Assembly (NCBI GenBank): GCA_963668025.2
Contig: CAXXTH010000017.1
Span: forward strand, 736,001 to 800,000
DNA: 64,000 bases
Reading direction: 5' to 3'
From: Candidatus Hydrogenedentota bacterium
Lineage (GTDB): Bacteria; Hydrogenedentota; Hydrogenedentia; Hydrogenedentales; SLHB01
Shown here piece by piece: positions 19,843 through 30,525 of the stretch. The position numbers were made by a program, and so were the translations under genes. The notes under the pieces are model-generated. The model saw only the letters and a list, made by a program, of their open reading frames with translations, searched no databases and was not told the DNA's origin. Every line of letters starts with the position of its first letter. Position 1 is the stretch's first letter.

Positions 19843-22800
19843 TCAGAGGCCTATCGCCGTATCGAAGTGGTCAAGCGTGCTCTCTCCACCGAATTCCTGG
19901 TCGAACAGATATGCGCCTTCGCGCACAAGGCAAACCGTTCCGGCTACATAGAACATCTCCGTGTCACGCGTCATGCGAATGAGTTTCTCTTTTTCTGTAA
20001 CCGAGAGCATACAGGTCTTGTAAATCACGGCATTATCCGCCGCCGCGTTAAGATGGCTGCGCGCCTCGTCCACCAAACGTGTGCGCACCTCCCCATCGGG
20101 GCTGTTATGCGCCGCACTTGCATAGACCATGGCAAGCTGATAATCGCTAAACAGGTGTATCAGCGCCTTGGTCGATTTCGCCATGTTATTTAATCGTTGT
20201 AATTCCACGTTCTCCGGTTTCAGCGCAAGGGCCTTGCCCATCATCTCCTCGCAACGATCTCCAATGGCTTTCTCCTCAGATAAGGTAAAACGTTCGAGCC
20301 ATGGTTTCATGCCGTCCGATGTAAGGGTCTTGAATGCTTCAGGCCGCGGTGCTTGGGGAAACATGAAACCCTGCTGCGCGATACTGGCCAAGGTGGTCTG
20401 CCCGGTTTGGTCTTTACGCAAGCCCGTGCGTTCCAAGTCGTCCATGCTCACCGCCCATGGCTGGCCCACAGCGCCCCAACGGTATAGATCGAAGCTCTCG
20501 TTGGCGTTGGACTTCGTGTCGAGGTGGAAGGCTTCTGTTAACCGGTGCGTGCCCGGCAGGGCTTCATACACATAATCGCCCGCTTCGCGGCCGTATTTGG
20601 CCCGGCACCAATTCCTCATGAACGTAGACGGGTCGAGATCCGGGTGCCACCACGCCACGTCCATACCGGCGACCGGACTTACCGCGCCCACCATACCGCT
20701 GTCAGGAGCCCCATATCGTTTGAGCTTGTCGAGATAAAGCGGCAAAGGCCAGCTTATATGGCTCATGGCGGGCGATATCGGCGCTACAATGCCGGGCCCG
20801 CCGGCCTCATACCAATGGAATAGATAGAGGAGCGAGAGCCCTTGGCCTAAGGCGGTGGAATCGGGGGAAAGCCAGGTCTGGACATCGAATCCAGGCGGCG
20901 TCGTGGCCATGAGCCAGAAACCCTCGATGTCGTTGCCCAATCGTTCTTTTAGCAGACTCATCCCCATGGTGGGCTCGTTCGCCAACGAGCGATCCTCTTC
21001 GGCCATTTTATTGACGGTGCCGCTTCCGAAGAAGAAGAACCGTAATTTAGGATTCACCTCGCGCGCCGTGTTGATGATGAGTTTCGTGTAGTCGATCTCC
21101 CTGTCCAAATAGGAGGACTGCTTGCATCGTTCGCAATTGCACAGCAATTCGCCCCCTTCATCGCTGGTCTGAAGGATGACTACTTCGAGTTCGGGAAATG
21201 CTTCGACCAATTCTCGGAGCATGCGCGTCACCAAGCGGCGAAACTCCGGGTGTGACGGGCACAGGCTAAGCGGGTATTTCGACTCTGGTTGCGCGAGGAT
21301 TCCTGGGTATTCCTCGGAAAGCACCTTGCGCGCGGACTCGAGGCCGATGGGGGCCCATTGAAGGGTGAAGAAATTGTAGAACAGCGTAGGCGCGCTGCCG
21401 TAACGCATCATGTCGGCGAAACGCTCGTGAAGCGCCTGCCGTTGTTTCTCGATCTTGGCGCGGTGGGCCTCTCCGCCCAATTCCGGATAGTCCGGCAAGA
21501 ACAGCAGGCGTGGCCAGAAGGCGCAGTATTCCGGCGACATGTTGTAGCGCCAGCGGCCGCTCACTCCCAGCGGCGTGGGCACCTCGTGGTTATGGATAGG
21601 CCAGCCGCGATAGCGCATGCGTGGCGCGAACGCCTGATCGAGCCGGGGAACGCCCCGACCCGTGGACCGCTCTTCCAACTCATACGCGCCGTACATCGCC
21701 CCCCGGCTCACGGGAGATGCGACAAGCAGTAGATGGCGTTCTCCCGATTCTAGAGGTTTCACCCAGAAACCATCGCCGTTCAAGGCCTCATCCGTCACCT
21801 CGATGCCGGCGGCATTCGCCAGCGAAGCGGCCAGCTTAAAATCCTTGGGCGCGCCCAAGACGATGTAGTATTTCCCCGGCAGGCCTTCCGGCAAAGCGGC
21901 TTGCTCCGGCTCCACCGTGATGATGGGGACTGTGTGCCCCACGATGGACTGCAATGTGCTTTGTAGCGCCTTCGCGCCTATCTGGATGGGTGAATCGGCC
22001 TTCGCCTGAGTGACGATGCCGTCGACTTGCGTGCTCCAGATCGGCTGGTTCATCAGTTCCTCTTCGGTGAAGCGCAGCGCAAACGGCTTTTCTGGCGTTT
22101 CCAGGGGAAGGCCTTTTATGCCGGACATGCGCTCGGAGAAGTCATAGCTGGTGGTTGAAGTTGTCGCGAGATACGCCTTCAGTTCCTTTATCTTGTCCCT
22201 TGTGAACGCGAGGTGGCTGGCGATATCTCCTTCCGTGAGGCTTGTGCGCATATAGCATGGCTGCATCTTCGAGAAGCTGGTGAGCAGATCGCAGAATCGT
22301 TCCTGCGTCTCAATATCTTTCTGGACAAGCTCGCGGTACTTCATTTGTTGCTTGCTGGCGGATTGCTCATCGCCCGCGGCGCGCGCCTTTTCTATCTCTT
22401 TCATCAGAGGATAGGCGCGGATCAAATTGCAGCGCTGCATGCATATCGCGTTGGCGAAGGCGATGGAGGAATGGTTCAACTCCGCATATGCTTTACATGT
22501 CGGGGGCCCATCCGGCCCTTCGTAATAGCAGATGCCGATCCGCTCCTCACTGCTGGCCGCGTCCACGGCCTTCTGCGCGTATTCAGCCGCCTGCGCCAGG
22601 TGGCTGTTCATCAACTCCATCTTGTCCAAGAACTCGGGATTCAGCCCGTCCAGGTTGTAAGGCAGTATCTTTTCCGGAAGTATCGCGGGGGGCAAGCCTC
22701 CGATCTCGGGTCCTATTTTAGCGAAAAACTGGCTTCCGGCCAGCGGAAACGCGGAGGACTGCACGTCGTTCCAGACATCAAAGGCTTTTTTCATCTCCTC

Positions 22801-24405
22801 CCAAGCGCCGCGCATCTCTTTTCCGGCCGGTTCGCCGAACTGCCGCCGCGACAGGCTATCGAGCACGTTCTCGATAGGCTGGTCCGGCTCCCATTCAAAC
22901 TCTTTGGTGATCAAGGCATTGATTGGATTCAATTCCGCCGCGATGCCGAAGATCTCCATCACGTTCTTCACATCCCATGCCTTATACTTTCTTAGGGCAT
23001 CGGCGGCGTGGTAGGGAAACGGCAGGTTTTTCGGGATGGCCTCGAGGCTATTGAATTCGGCCAGCAAGTAAAACGGGACTTCTTTTTCCTTGCATATTTC
23101 CTGTGAAAGGGTGAACTCGATACTGCGCTGCGCGGCGTCGGGAACCATCAGCGTGCGGTCCGAGCCGGTCCAGGAGCTCAACAATCCGTCGAATCCTTCC
23201 GTTGCGTGGAGCATCTTTTCAAACGGCTGGCCGGAGTAATGCACTGCGCCCCAAAACTGAAATTTGAACTCCGGCCTCTCTTCGTGGGCGGCCTCGGCCA
23301 GCAAGCTGACCAGCTTGGCCTGCGTCTCCCACGGGGTGGATGAATCTGGCGGAGAATCCGTGCAGACCTGCTTGCAACGTTCACACAGTTCGGGCGTGCA
23401 AAGCCATGCGCCCCCATCTAGGTTGTAGAAATTGACGCCTTTCACATCTGGATATTCCTGAACGAATTTTCGCATCATACTGCGAAGGTATTCCTGGCCA
23501 AGGGGGCTGCTGACACATAAGGTGGTCGACAGGCCATTCTCGTCGCCGCCCCAGGACCGTTTCACTTTACCGAGCGCCTCTTTCGGATAAAGATCATAAC
23601 TCCCATTGATGGGTTCGATGGTCGGTTCATTCAGGAAAATGTACGCATCGATGCCATATCGGCGAAGGAGCGCCGACATGTCCTTCATTCGTTGCTGGAA
23701 TACCGGGTCGGGGGGCGTCTGAAACGGAAAAACTTCGCTCTTGACGAATTTGCTTAGGTAACCTCCGATTCCTTGATCGGTCATTTGGTTGATGCCCAGC
23801 CTGGACAGATAGATGGCCATCTCTTCGGGAATGGCATCCAACGGAGCGCCAAATCCCACTTTGGTCAAGTACAAGCCCGTGCCCCGTTTCCGGTAATAGG
23901 GAACCTTCTTGATATCCAGTTGTCCCTTTTCCCCCGCGCCGATGAAATCTTCAAACGCATATACGCCATAGAGGACGCCCCGTGTATTCGCTCCGGCGAT
24001 GACGACGTGTTTGCCGATTTGTTTCAGGTGGAATCCATCGTCTTCCGGAGACACGTCCCGGATGTTGATATCTCCTTTATCGCCCAAGGCCCGAATGGCC
24101 CTAAGGTTCGACTCGCGTCCCAGCAGGAATTGTTTTTCCCCGGCGGCTTCGGATTCCGTAACGATGCTGGCGTCGATGGCGGCCTTCGCCAGGAAACGGC
24201 GCGTCATCTGGGCGGCGGTGTCTTCGACGATATCCCGTTCGTCCGCGACCACAATCTGATAGCCTTCTTCAATCCCCAGCGCCTTTAGCCCCGCTTGGAG
24301 CGCTGGCGCGTCGGTGGACGCCGCATCGGCATCAATGGCATAAAAACAAGCGAGAAGCGCCGCCGCGCAAAGCGCCCATGGAAAATAGTTGTGGCTGTTT
24401 TTCAT
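19843..24405 (-). CDS. Large secreted glycoside-hydrolase-like protein with two tandem modules (~1520 aa)
   Basis: Signal peptide; GH67N/GH20-domain-2-like DGF.L...AG...RGVLYGVY motif occurs twice; LC.S.P and C.CERCK in both modules; GGAGG RBS before ATG 24405. Confidence 0.7.
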   Translation of the reverse strand: MKNSHNYFPWALCAAALLACFYAIDADAASTDAPALQAGLKALGIEEGYQIVVADERDIVEDTAAQMTRRFLAKAAIDASIVTESEAAGEKQFLLGRESNLRAIRALGDKGDINIRDVSPEDDGFHLKQIGKHVVIAGANTRGVLYGVYAFEDFIGAGEKGQLDIKKVPYYRKRGTGLYLTKVGFGAPLDAIPEEMAIYLSRLGINQMTDQGIGGYLSKFVKSEVFPFQTPPDPVFQQRMKDMSALLRRYGIDAYIFLNEPTIEPINGSYDLYPKEALGKVKRSWGGDENGLSTTLCVSSPLGQEYLRSMMRKFVQEYPDVKGVNFYNLDGGAWLCTPELCERCKQVCTDSPPDSSTPWETQAKLVSLLAEAAHEERPEFKFQFWGAVHYSGQPFEKMLHATEGFDGLLSSWTGSDRTLMVPDAAQRSIEFTLSQEICKEKEVPFYLLAEFNSLEAIPKNLPFPYHAADALRKYKAWDVKNVMEIFGIAAELNPINALITKEFEWEPDQPIENVLDSLSRRQFGEPAGKEMRGAWEEMKKAFDVWNDVQSSAFPLAGSQFFAKIGPEIGGLPPAILPEKILPYNLDGLNPEFLDKMELMNSHLAQAAEYAQKAVDAASSEERIGICYYEGPDGPPTCKAYAELNHSSIAFANAICMQRCNLIRAYPLMKEIEKARAAGDEQSASKQQMKYRELVQKDIETQERFCDLLTSFSKMQPCYMRTSLTEGDIASHLAFTRDKIKELKAYLATTSTTSYDFSERMSGIKGLPLETPEKPFALRFTEEELMNQPIWSTQVDGIVTQAKADSPIQIGAKALQSTLQSIVGHTVPIITVEPEQAALPEGLPGKYYIVLGAPKDFKLAASLANAAGIEVTDEALNGDGFWVKPLESGERHLLLVASPVSRGAMYGAYELEERSTGRGVPRLDQAFAPRMRYRGWPIHNHEVPTPLGVSGRWRYNMSPEYCAFWPRLLFLPDYPELGGEAHRAKIEKQRQALHERFADMMRYGSAPTLFYNFFTLQWAPIGLESARKVLSEEYPGILAQPESKYPLSLCPSHPEFRRLVTRMLRELVEAFPELEVVILQTSDEGGELLCNCERCKQSSYLDREIDYTKLIINTAREVNPKLRFFFFGSGTVNKMAEEDRSLANEPTMGMSLLKERLGNDIEGFWLMATTPPGFDVQTWLSPDSTALGQGLSLLYLFHWYEAGGPGIVAPISPAMSHISWPLPLYLDKLKRYGAPDSGMVGAVSPVAGMDVAWWHPDLDPSTFMRNWCRAKYGREAGDYVYEALPGTHRLTEAFHLDTKSNANESFDLYRWGAVGQPWAVSMDDLERTGLRKDQTGQTTLASIAQQGFMFPQAPRPEAFKTLTSDGMKPWLERFTLSEEKAIGDRCEEMMGKALALKPENVELQRLNNMAKSTKALIHLFSDYQLAMVYASAAHNSPDGEVRTRLVDEARSHLNAAADNAVIYKTCMLSVTEKEKLIRMTRDTEMFYVAGTVCLVREGAYLFDQEFGGESTLDHFDTAIGL

Positions 24406-24488
24406 CACTAATCCTCCGGTCCGCGGCATCACATCAAGCCCTGCGGACATTTTCCTCGTTATCTGTGGGTATATTTGCCGCCTTTTGC

Positions 24489-26765
24489 TCAAGACTTTTG
24501 GCTGGAAACGGATGTTTTCGCGAGATACGCCTTCAGTTTTTCTATCTTGTTTTTGGTAAAGGCGAGGTGATCGGCGATTTCCTTTTCCGTAAAGCTTGTA
24601 CGGGTATAGCACGGCTTCATCTTCGAGAAGTCCGTGAGCAGATCGCAGAAACGCTCTTGTAGTTTAATGTCTTGCTTGACAAGTTTGCGGTACTGCGTTT
24701 CCTGTTCGTCCGCCGTTTTCTCATCACCGGCTTCGCGCGCCTTTTCAATCCCCTTCAACAGCGGATAGGCCCGGAGTATGTTGCATCGCTGCGTGCATAA
24801 CGCGTTGGCGATGGCAATGGACGCATAGTTCAACTCGGCGTATTCCTTGCAAGTCGGGCGTCCATTTGGCCCTTCGTAATTGCAAATGCCAATGAAGTCT
24901 TTACTGCTGGCTGCATCCACGGCCTTCTTCGCAAAGCTGGCCGCCTGCCCCAGATGATTGTTCATCGCCACCATTTTGTCCATGAATTCGGGGGTCATTC
25001 CGTCCAAGTTGAAAACAAGGGCTTCCTCCCGAAGTATTGAACAGGGAAGGCCTCCGATGGCTGTTCCCATTTTTACGTAGAATTGGCTTCCAGCCAAAGG
25101 AAATCCGGCGGATTGCATGTCATTCCAAAGGTCAAAGGCTTTCTTCATTTCTCCCCAGGCGGCGCGCATCTGCTTTCCGGCCGGCTCGCCGAATTGCCGC
25201 CGGGATACGTCCGCGAGCACGTCTTCGATGGGCTGCTCAGGATCCCATTCAAACTTCTTGGTGATGATGGTATTGATGGAATTATGCTCCGCCGCGATGC
25301 CGAAGACTTCCATGAGGTTTTTTACGTCCCATTGCTCATATTTCTTCAAAGCGTCAGCCACGTGATAAGGGAACGGCAGGCTTTTCGGGACGGCCTCGAG
25401 GTTGTTGAATTCCGACAGCATATAGAACGGGATTTGTCTCTCTTTACATAACTCTTGCGAGAGGAGGCAGGGGGCCAATCGTTGCGCGGCGTTTGGAACC
25501 ATCAGCGTGCGATCCGCTCCTGTCCAGGAGCTCAGCAGGCCGTTGTATCCCTCCGCTGCGTGAATCAGCTTTTTCAGAGGTTCATCCGCAAAATGCACCG
25601 CCCCCCAAAACAGAAAGTCGAAATCTGGCCTCTCCTCATGCGCGGCTTCGGCCAGCAACGTGACCAGCTTGGCCTGCGTTTCCCACGGGGTGCCAGAATC
25701 CGGCGGTGAATCCGTGCAGACTTGCTTGCATCGTTCACACAATCCGGGCATGCACAGCCATGAATGCACATCCAAGTTATAAAAGTACGCGCCTTTCATA
25801 TCCGGATATTCTCGAACGAATCGGCGCATCATATCGCGAAGATATTCCTGGCCAAGGGGGCTGCTGACGCACAAGGTGGGCGCCAGGCCTTCTCCGCTGG
25901 CGCCCCAATCCAGAGAGCGTTTTGTCAAGCCGAGCGCTTCTTTCGGATAGCTGTCATAACTACCATTGATGGGAATCATTGCCGGTTCGACCACTAATGC
26001 ATACATATCAATGCCATACCGCCGAAAGAGCTTCGACATCGCCTTCACCTGTTTCTGGTATTCCGGATCGGGGGGAGGTAAAAATGGAAAGATATCACTC
26101 TTGACGGACTTGCTCAGGGCGCCGCCGATTCCTTGTTCGGTCATTTGATTAATGCCCAACCGGGACAGGCAGATGGCGGTCTCCTCGGGGATGGGATTCA
26201 GCGGAGCGCCCCAGGCGACATCGATTAAATACAGGCCGGTGCCCCGCTTCCGAAAATAGGGAACCTTCTTGAGGTCTAGCGCTCCCGCCGCCCCACTGTC
26301 GACAAAATCCTCAAATGCATAGACGCCATACAAGACGCCGCGAGGGTTTGCACCGGCGATGATGATTTGCTTGCCGACTTGCTTCAGGTGGAATCCGTCA
26401 TCCTCCGGCGATACGTCCCGAATGCGGATATCCCCCTTGTCGCCCAAGGCCCGAATAGCGGCGGAATTTGCATCTCGTCCCAGCAGGAATTGCTTTTCTC
26501 CCGTTGCCTTGGATTCCGCCACGATGTCTGCTTTGATGGAAGCTTTTGCGAGGAACCGCTGCATCATCTGGGCGGCGGTGTCTTCGACGATATCCCGCTC
26601 ATCCGCCACCACGATCTGGCAGCCGTCCGCGATCCCCAGTTTTGCCAGCCCCGCCTCGAGCCTGGACGCTTCGGCGGACGCTGCACCGGCTTCAATGGCG
26701 CAGAAACAGGCGAGAAGCGCCGCCATACAAAGCGTCCATGGAGAATAGTTATGGTTGTTTTTCAT
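24489..26765 (-). CDS. Secreted glycoside-hydrolase-like protein, paralog 2 (~758 aa)
   Basis: Co-linear with its neighbours; same motifs; GGAGG RBS before ATG 26765. Confidence 0.7.
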   Translation of the reverse strand: MKNNHNYSPWTLCMAALLACFCAIEAGAASAEASRLEAGLAKLGIADGCQIVVADERDIVEDTAAQMMQRFLAKASIKADIVAESKATGEKQFLLGRDANSAAIRALGDKGDIRIRDVSPEDDGFHLKQVGKQIIIAGANPRGVLYGVYAFEDFVDSGAAGALDLKKVPYFRKRGTGLYLIDVAWGAPLNPIPEETAICLSRLGINQMTEQGIGGALSKSVKSDIFPFLPPPDPEYQKQVKAMSKLFRRYGIDMYALVVEPAMIPINGSYDSYPKEALGLTKRSLDWGASGEGLAPTLCVSSPLGQEYLRDMMRRFVREYPDMKGAYFYNLDVHSWLCMPGLCERCKQVCTDSPPDSGTPWETQAKLVTLLAEAAHEERPDFDFLFWGAVHFADEPLKKLIHAAEGYNGLLSSWTGADRTLMVPNAAQRLAPCLLSQELCKERQIPFYMLSEFNNLEAVPKSLPFPYHVADALKKYEQWDVKNLMEVFGIAAEHNSINTIITKKFEWDPEQPIEDVLADVSRRQFGEPAGKQMRAAWGEMKKAFDLWNDMQSAGFPLAGSQFYVKMGTAIGGLPCSILREEALVFNLDGMTPEFMDKMVAMNNHLGQAASFAKKAVDAASSKDFIGICNYEGPNGRPTCKEYAELNYASIAIANALCTQRCNILRAYPLLKGIEKAREAGDEKTADEQETQYRKLVKQDIKLQERFCDLLTDFSKMKPCYTRTSFTEKEIADHLAFTKNKIEKLKAYLAKTSVSSQKS

Positions 26766-26848
26766 CAGAGATCCTCCGGTCCGCGGCAAGGCATCAAGCC
26801 CTGCGGGTGTTTTCCTTATTATTTAAAAGTGTATCTTTTGCTCTTTGC

Positions 26849-29128
26849 TCAGGATTTTGGCCCGACAATGGGTGTTTGTTCGAGATACGCCTGCAGTTCC
26901 TTGATCTTGTCCCTTGTGAACGCGAGGTGGCTGGCGATTTCTTCTTCCGTGAGGCTTGTGCGCAAATAACACGGCTTCATATTCGAGAAGCCCGTGAGCA
27001 GATCGCAGAAGCTCTTCTGCGTTTTAATATCTTTTTCGACAAGCTCGCGGTACCGCGTTTCTTGCTCGCTGGCCGATTTTGTATCGCCGGCCGCGCGCGC
27101 CTTTTCGATCCCCTTCAGCAGGGGATAGGCTCGGATTAAATTACAGCGCTGCATGCATATCACATTGGCGAAGGCAATGGAGGAATGGTTCGACTCCGCG
27201 TATTCCTTGCGGGTTGGGGGGCCATCCGGCCCCGTGTAGTAACAGATGCCGATCCGCTCCTCGCCGCTGGCCGTCTCCACGGCCTTCTGTGCGTAGCCGG
27301 CCGCGCGCGCCAGGTGGCTGTTCATCAACTCCATCTTGTCCAGGAACTCGGGACTCAGCCCGTCCAGGTTGTAAGGTAGAATCTTTTCCGGAAGTATCGC
27401 GGGGGGCAAGCCTCCGATGGCGGTGCCTAGTTTCGCGAAAAATTGGCTTCCGGACAGCGGAAACGCGGAGGACTCCACGTCATTCCAGACATCAAAGGCT
27501 TTTTTCATCTCCTTCCAAGCGCCGTACATTTGCTTTCCGGCCGGTTCGCCGAACTGCCGCCGCGACAGGTTCGCGAGCACGTTCTTGATGGGCTGGTCCG
27601 GCTCCCATTCAAACTCCTTGGTGATCAAGGCATTGATTGGATTCAACTCCGCCGCTATGCCGAAGATCTCGACCACGTTCTTCACATCCCATGCCTTATA
27701 CTTCTTCAAGGCATCGGCGGCGTGGTAGGGAAATGGCAGGTTTTTCGGGATGGCCTCGAGGCTATTGAATTCGGCCAGCATGCAAAATGGGACTCCTCTT
27801 TCCTTGCACACCTCCTGTGAAAGGGTGAACCCGATGCTGCGTTTCGCGGCGTCTGGAACCATCAGCGTGCGGTCCCAGCCAGTCCAGGAACTCATCAGGC
27901 CATTGTAGTCCTCCGCCGCGTGAAGCAATTTGTCTAGAGGCGCGCCGTCGTAATGCACCGCTCCCCAAAACCGGAAGTCGAAATCCGGCCTCTCTTCATG
28001 TGCGGCCTTGGCCAGCAAGGTGACCAGCTTGGCTTGCGTTTCCCACGGGTTGTATGCATCCGGCGGCGAGTCCGTGCATACTTGTTTGCAGCGTTCACAT
28101 AGCTGCGGCGTGCATAGCCATGCATTGTTATCCAGGTTATAAAAGTTTATCCCGTCAAGATCAGGATACTCCCGGACCAGTTTTTTCATCATCTCCCGCA
28201 GATATTGCTGGGCCAGTGGACTGCTGACGCACAGCGTCCGGGCACGGCCGTCTTTATCGCCTCCCCATGGCATCCGCACCGTTCCAATCGCCTCCTTCGG
28301 ATAGCTATCAATACGATCCATTTCCACCAATCCAGGTTCAATCAAACATAGGTATGCATCGATCCCGTATTTCTTGCAGGTGGCAAACATCGTTTTCACG
28401 TTGCGTTGAAACTCAGGATCAGGTGGCGTTTGAAATCCGAAAATATCGCTTGTGACAAATCGGCGCAGATGCCCCGAGATTCCAGAGTCCGTCATTTGGT
28501 TGATTCCCAATCGGGAAAGATACTCCGCCTTTTCCTCGGGAAATGCTTCGAGTTTCGCGGTAAACTGCACGGCCCAGTACGAGAGGCCGCTTCCGCGCTT
28601 CTGGAAATAGGGAACCTTTTTAACATCAAGGTTCCCTTTTACTCCCGCGCGGATATAGTCCTCGAAGGCATAAACTCCATACAGGACTCCGCGAGGGTTT
28701 GCTCCGGTGATGACGATCTGCTTGCCGGCTTGCTTCAGGTGGAATCCGTCATCCTCCGGCGATACGTCCCGGATACGGATATCCCCCTTGTCGCCCAAGA
28801 CCCGAATGGCTGTAAGGTTCGCGTCACGTCCTAGCAGGAATTGTTTCTCCCCCGTGGCCTCGGATTCCTTGACGATACTGGCTTTGATGGAAGCCTTTGC
28901 CAAGAATCGCTGCATCATCTGGGCGGCGGTGTCCTCGACGATATCCCGCTCATCCGCCACCACGATCTGGCAGGCCTCTATGATCCCCAGCTTTTCCAGC
29001 CCAGCCTTGAGCCTTGATGCTTCGGCGGAAGCCGCACTCGATGTGTCATCGGCCCCGGCGCTATAGAAACAGGCGCCAAGTGCTACTACGCAAAATACCC
29101 ACAGAATACATTTACATCTGCTTTTCAT
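26849..29128 (-). CDS. Secreted glycoside-hydrolase-like protein, paralog 1 (759 aa)
   Basis: Signal peptide, DDGFHLKQ..GANPRGVLYGVY, TLCVSSP, LCERCK; GGAGG RBS. Confidence 0.7.
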   Translation of the reverse strand: MKSRCKCILWVFCVVALGACFYSAGADDTSSAASAEASRLKAGLEKLGIIEACQIVVADERDIVEDTAAQMMQRFLAKASIKASIVKESEATGEKQFLLGRDANLTAIRVLGDKGDIRIRDVSPEDDGFHLKQAGKQIVITGANPRGVLYGVYAFEDYIRAGVKGNLDVKKVPYFQKRGSGLSYWAVQFTAKLEAFPEEKAEYLSRLGINQMTDSGISGHLRRFVTSDIFGFQTPPDPEFQRNVKTMFATCKKYGIDAYLCLIEPGLVEMDRIDSYPKEAIGTVRMPWGGDKDGRARTLCVSSPLAQQYLREMMKKLVREYPDLDGINFYNLDNNAWLCTPQLCERCKQVCTDSPPDAYNPWETQAKLVTLLAKAAHEERPDFDFRFWGAVHYDGAPLDKLLHAAEDYNGLMSSWTGWDRTLMVPDAAKRSIGFTLSQEVCKERGVPFCMLAEFNSLEAIPKNLPFPYHAADALKKYKAWDVKNVVEIFGIAAELNPINALITKEFEWEPDQPIKNVLANLSRRQFGEPAGKQMYGAWKEMKKAFDVWNDVESSAFPLSGSQFFAKLGTAIGGLPPAILPEKILPYNLDGLSPEFLDKMELMNSHLARAAGYAQKAVETASGEERIGICYYTGPDGPPTRKEYAESNHSSIAFANVICMQRCNLIRAYPLLKGIEKARAAGDTKSASEQETRYRELVEKDIKTQKSFCDLLTGFSNMKPCYLRTSLTEEEIASHLAFTRDKIKELQAYLEQTPIVGPKS

Positions 29129-29725
29129 AGTATATAACCTCCATATTGTAATACGTTTTTCGATATATACTATTTGGTTCTGTATCTTTTGATATAGCTA
29201 TTTATAGGGCCGATTGTATGGTTCTTGTATTCCCTCGCAATGATCGAAGCAACGCCGCGCGCCTCACATTTATCTCTTGTGTACCGAGTGCCGCGATATT
29301 CCGACGGAAGCTCATTCGCGAGACCACTCGAAAAACGCGCGCAACCATATATAAGCATGCCATGCTGATCCCCCCAGTGCTTGTCATGTAACGGGAATTG
29401 CTTGTATGATTCACCGATTTTTGTATAATAAAGCATTGTTTTGGAGAATGATTCTTTTGCAACAAAGACGGTGGGGGAAGTGTTTTTGCTAGGAGGCGTT
29501 CCGAAAGCTTCTTTCTAAATATGTATTTTGGTTTAGTGCTACTATTGGTCAAATTCTGGGCATCTTGCGATGATTTTCTTTATATTCCAATGTGTAGCTA
29601 TGTGTTAGGATCGTATTTTTACAACGAAGCGGATAGCATAGCGCGGCCGCAGCCAAAGTGTTTCGTTTTTTACCGCGCATGGACGCGAATGAACGCGAAT
29701 ATATCTTCTACAATGCTTTTGTTGC

Positions 29726-29753
29726 TCTCGTGGCATGGGAGTCTCGCCCATGC
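29726..29753. repeat. REP-like palindrome (GTGG-CATGGG...CCCATG), copy 1
   Basis: TCTCGTGGCATGGGAGTCTCGCCCATGC; one mismatch to 44040-44067. Confidence 0.6.
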
Positions 29754-29829
29754 GAGAAAGGAGAGGGCGCGTGCGACACGCCCCTACAACGGCACATAAA
29801 AAAGCATATCCTGGCTTCGAGCGAGGCGC

Positions 29830-30525
29830 TCATTCTAAAACAGGGCGCGCATGGGCGAGGCCTTCGTGGAGATGCACCCAGGCGTCGGCGCGTTCGGCCA
29901 GCTTTTCATCGTGCGACACCAGCACCAGGGTCACGCCTTCATCGCGGCTCAGTTCCCACAAGAGGCGCATGACGCCCGCACCGGTGCCTTCATCCAGATT
30001 GCCCGTAGGTTCATCTGCAAGGAGCACGGCTGGACGGTTATAGAGCGCGCGGGCGATGGCGACGCGTTGCTGTTCGCCGCCGCTCAGCATGCCGGGCTTG
30101 TGGGTCATGCGTTCGGCGAGATCCACTTTGCGCAACAGCTCCTCCGCCCGCCCCCGGCAGGCCGAGTGTTTTTTGCCTTGGCATAAGGCGGGCATCATGA
30201 CATTTTCCAGCGCCGTGAACTCCGGCAGCAGGTGGTAGAACTGGAACACGAAACCAAGCGCTTCGTTGCGGAACCGGTTGATCTCGGAGCGGCCCATGCG
30301 GCTCACGGGCTTGCCCCGGTAAAACACGCCGCCATCCGTCGGCCGGTCGAGTGCGCCCATGATGTGCAGAAGCGTGCTTTTTCCCGCGCCGGAAGGGCCG
30401 GTGATGGCCATGATCTGCCCTGCGCGCACGTCCAGATTAAGCCCGCGCAGGATGCGCAGCTCCCGGCTGCCGTCATGGTAGGTCTTTACGACGTTCTGGC
30501 ATTGGATGATGAGATCGTTATTCAT
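29830..30525 (-). CDS. lolD: Lipoprotein-releasing ABC ATPase LolD
   Basis: GPSGAGKST, GFVFQFYHLLPEFTALENV, LSGGEQQRVAIARA, ADEPTGNLD; overlaps the lolC/E stop. Confidence 0.85.
   Translation of the reverse strand: MNNDLIIQCQNVVKTYHDGSRELRILRGLNLDVRAGQIMAITGPSGAGKSTLLHIMGALDRPTDGGVFYRGKPVSRMGRSEINRFRNEALGFVFQFYHLLPEFTALENVMMPALCQGKKHSACRGRAEELLRKVDLAERMTHKPGMLSGGEQQRVAIARALYNRPAVLLADEPTGNLDEGTGAGVMRLLWELSRDEGVTLVLVSHDEKLAERADAWVHLHEGLAHARPVLE

Noticed and set aside
24406-24612. 69-aa N-terminal extension of the 1589-aa ORF
   Set aside because: Overlaps the upstream paralog; the RBS and signal peptide at 24405 match the paralog start
19843-29128. Diversity-generating retroelement behind the paralog variation
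   Set aside because: No reverse transcriptase, and differences are spread over whole genes rather than being adenine-specific in a short repeat
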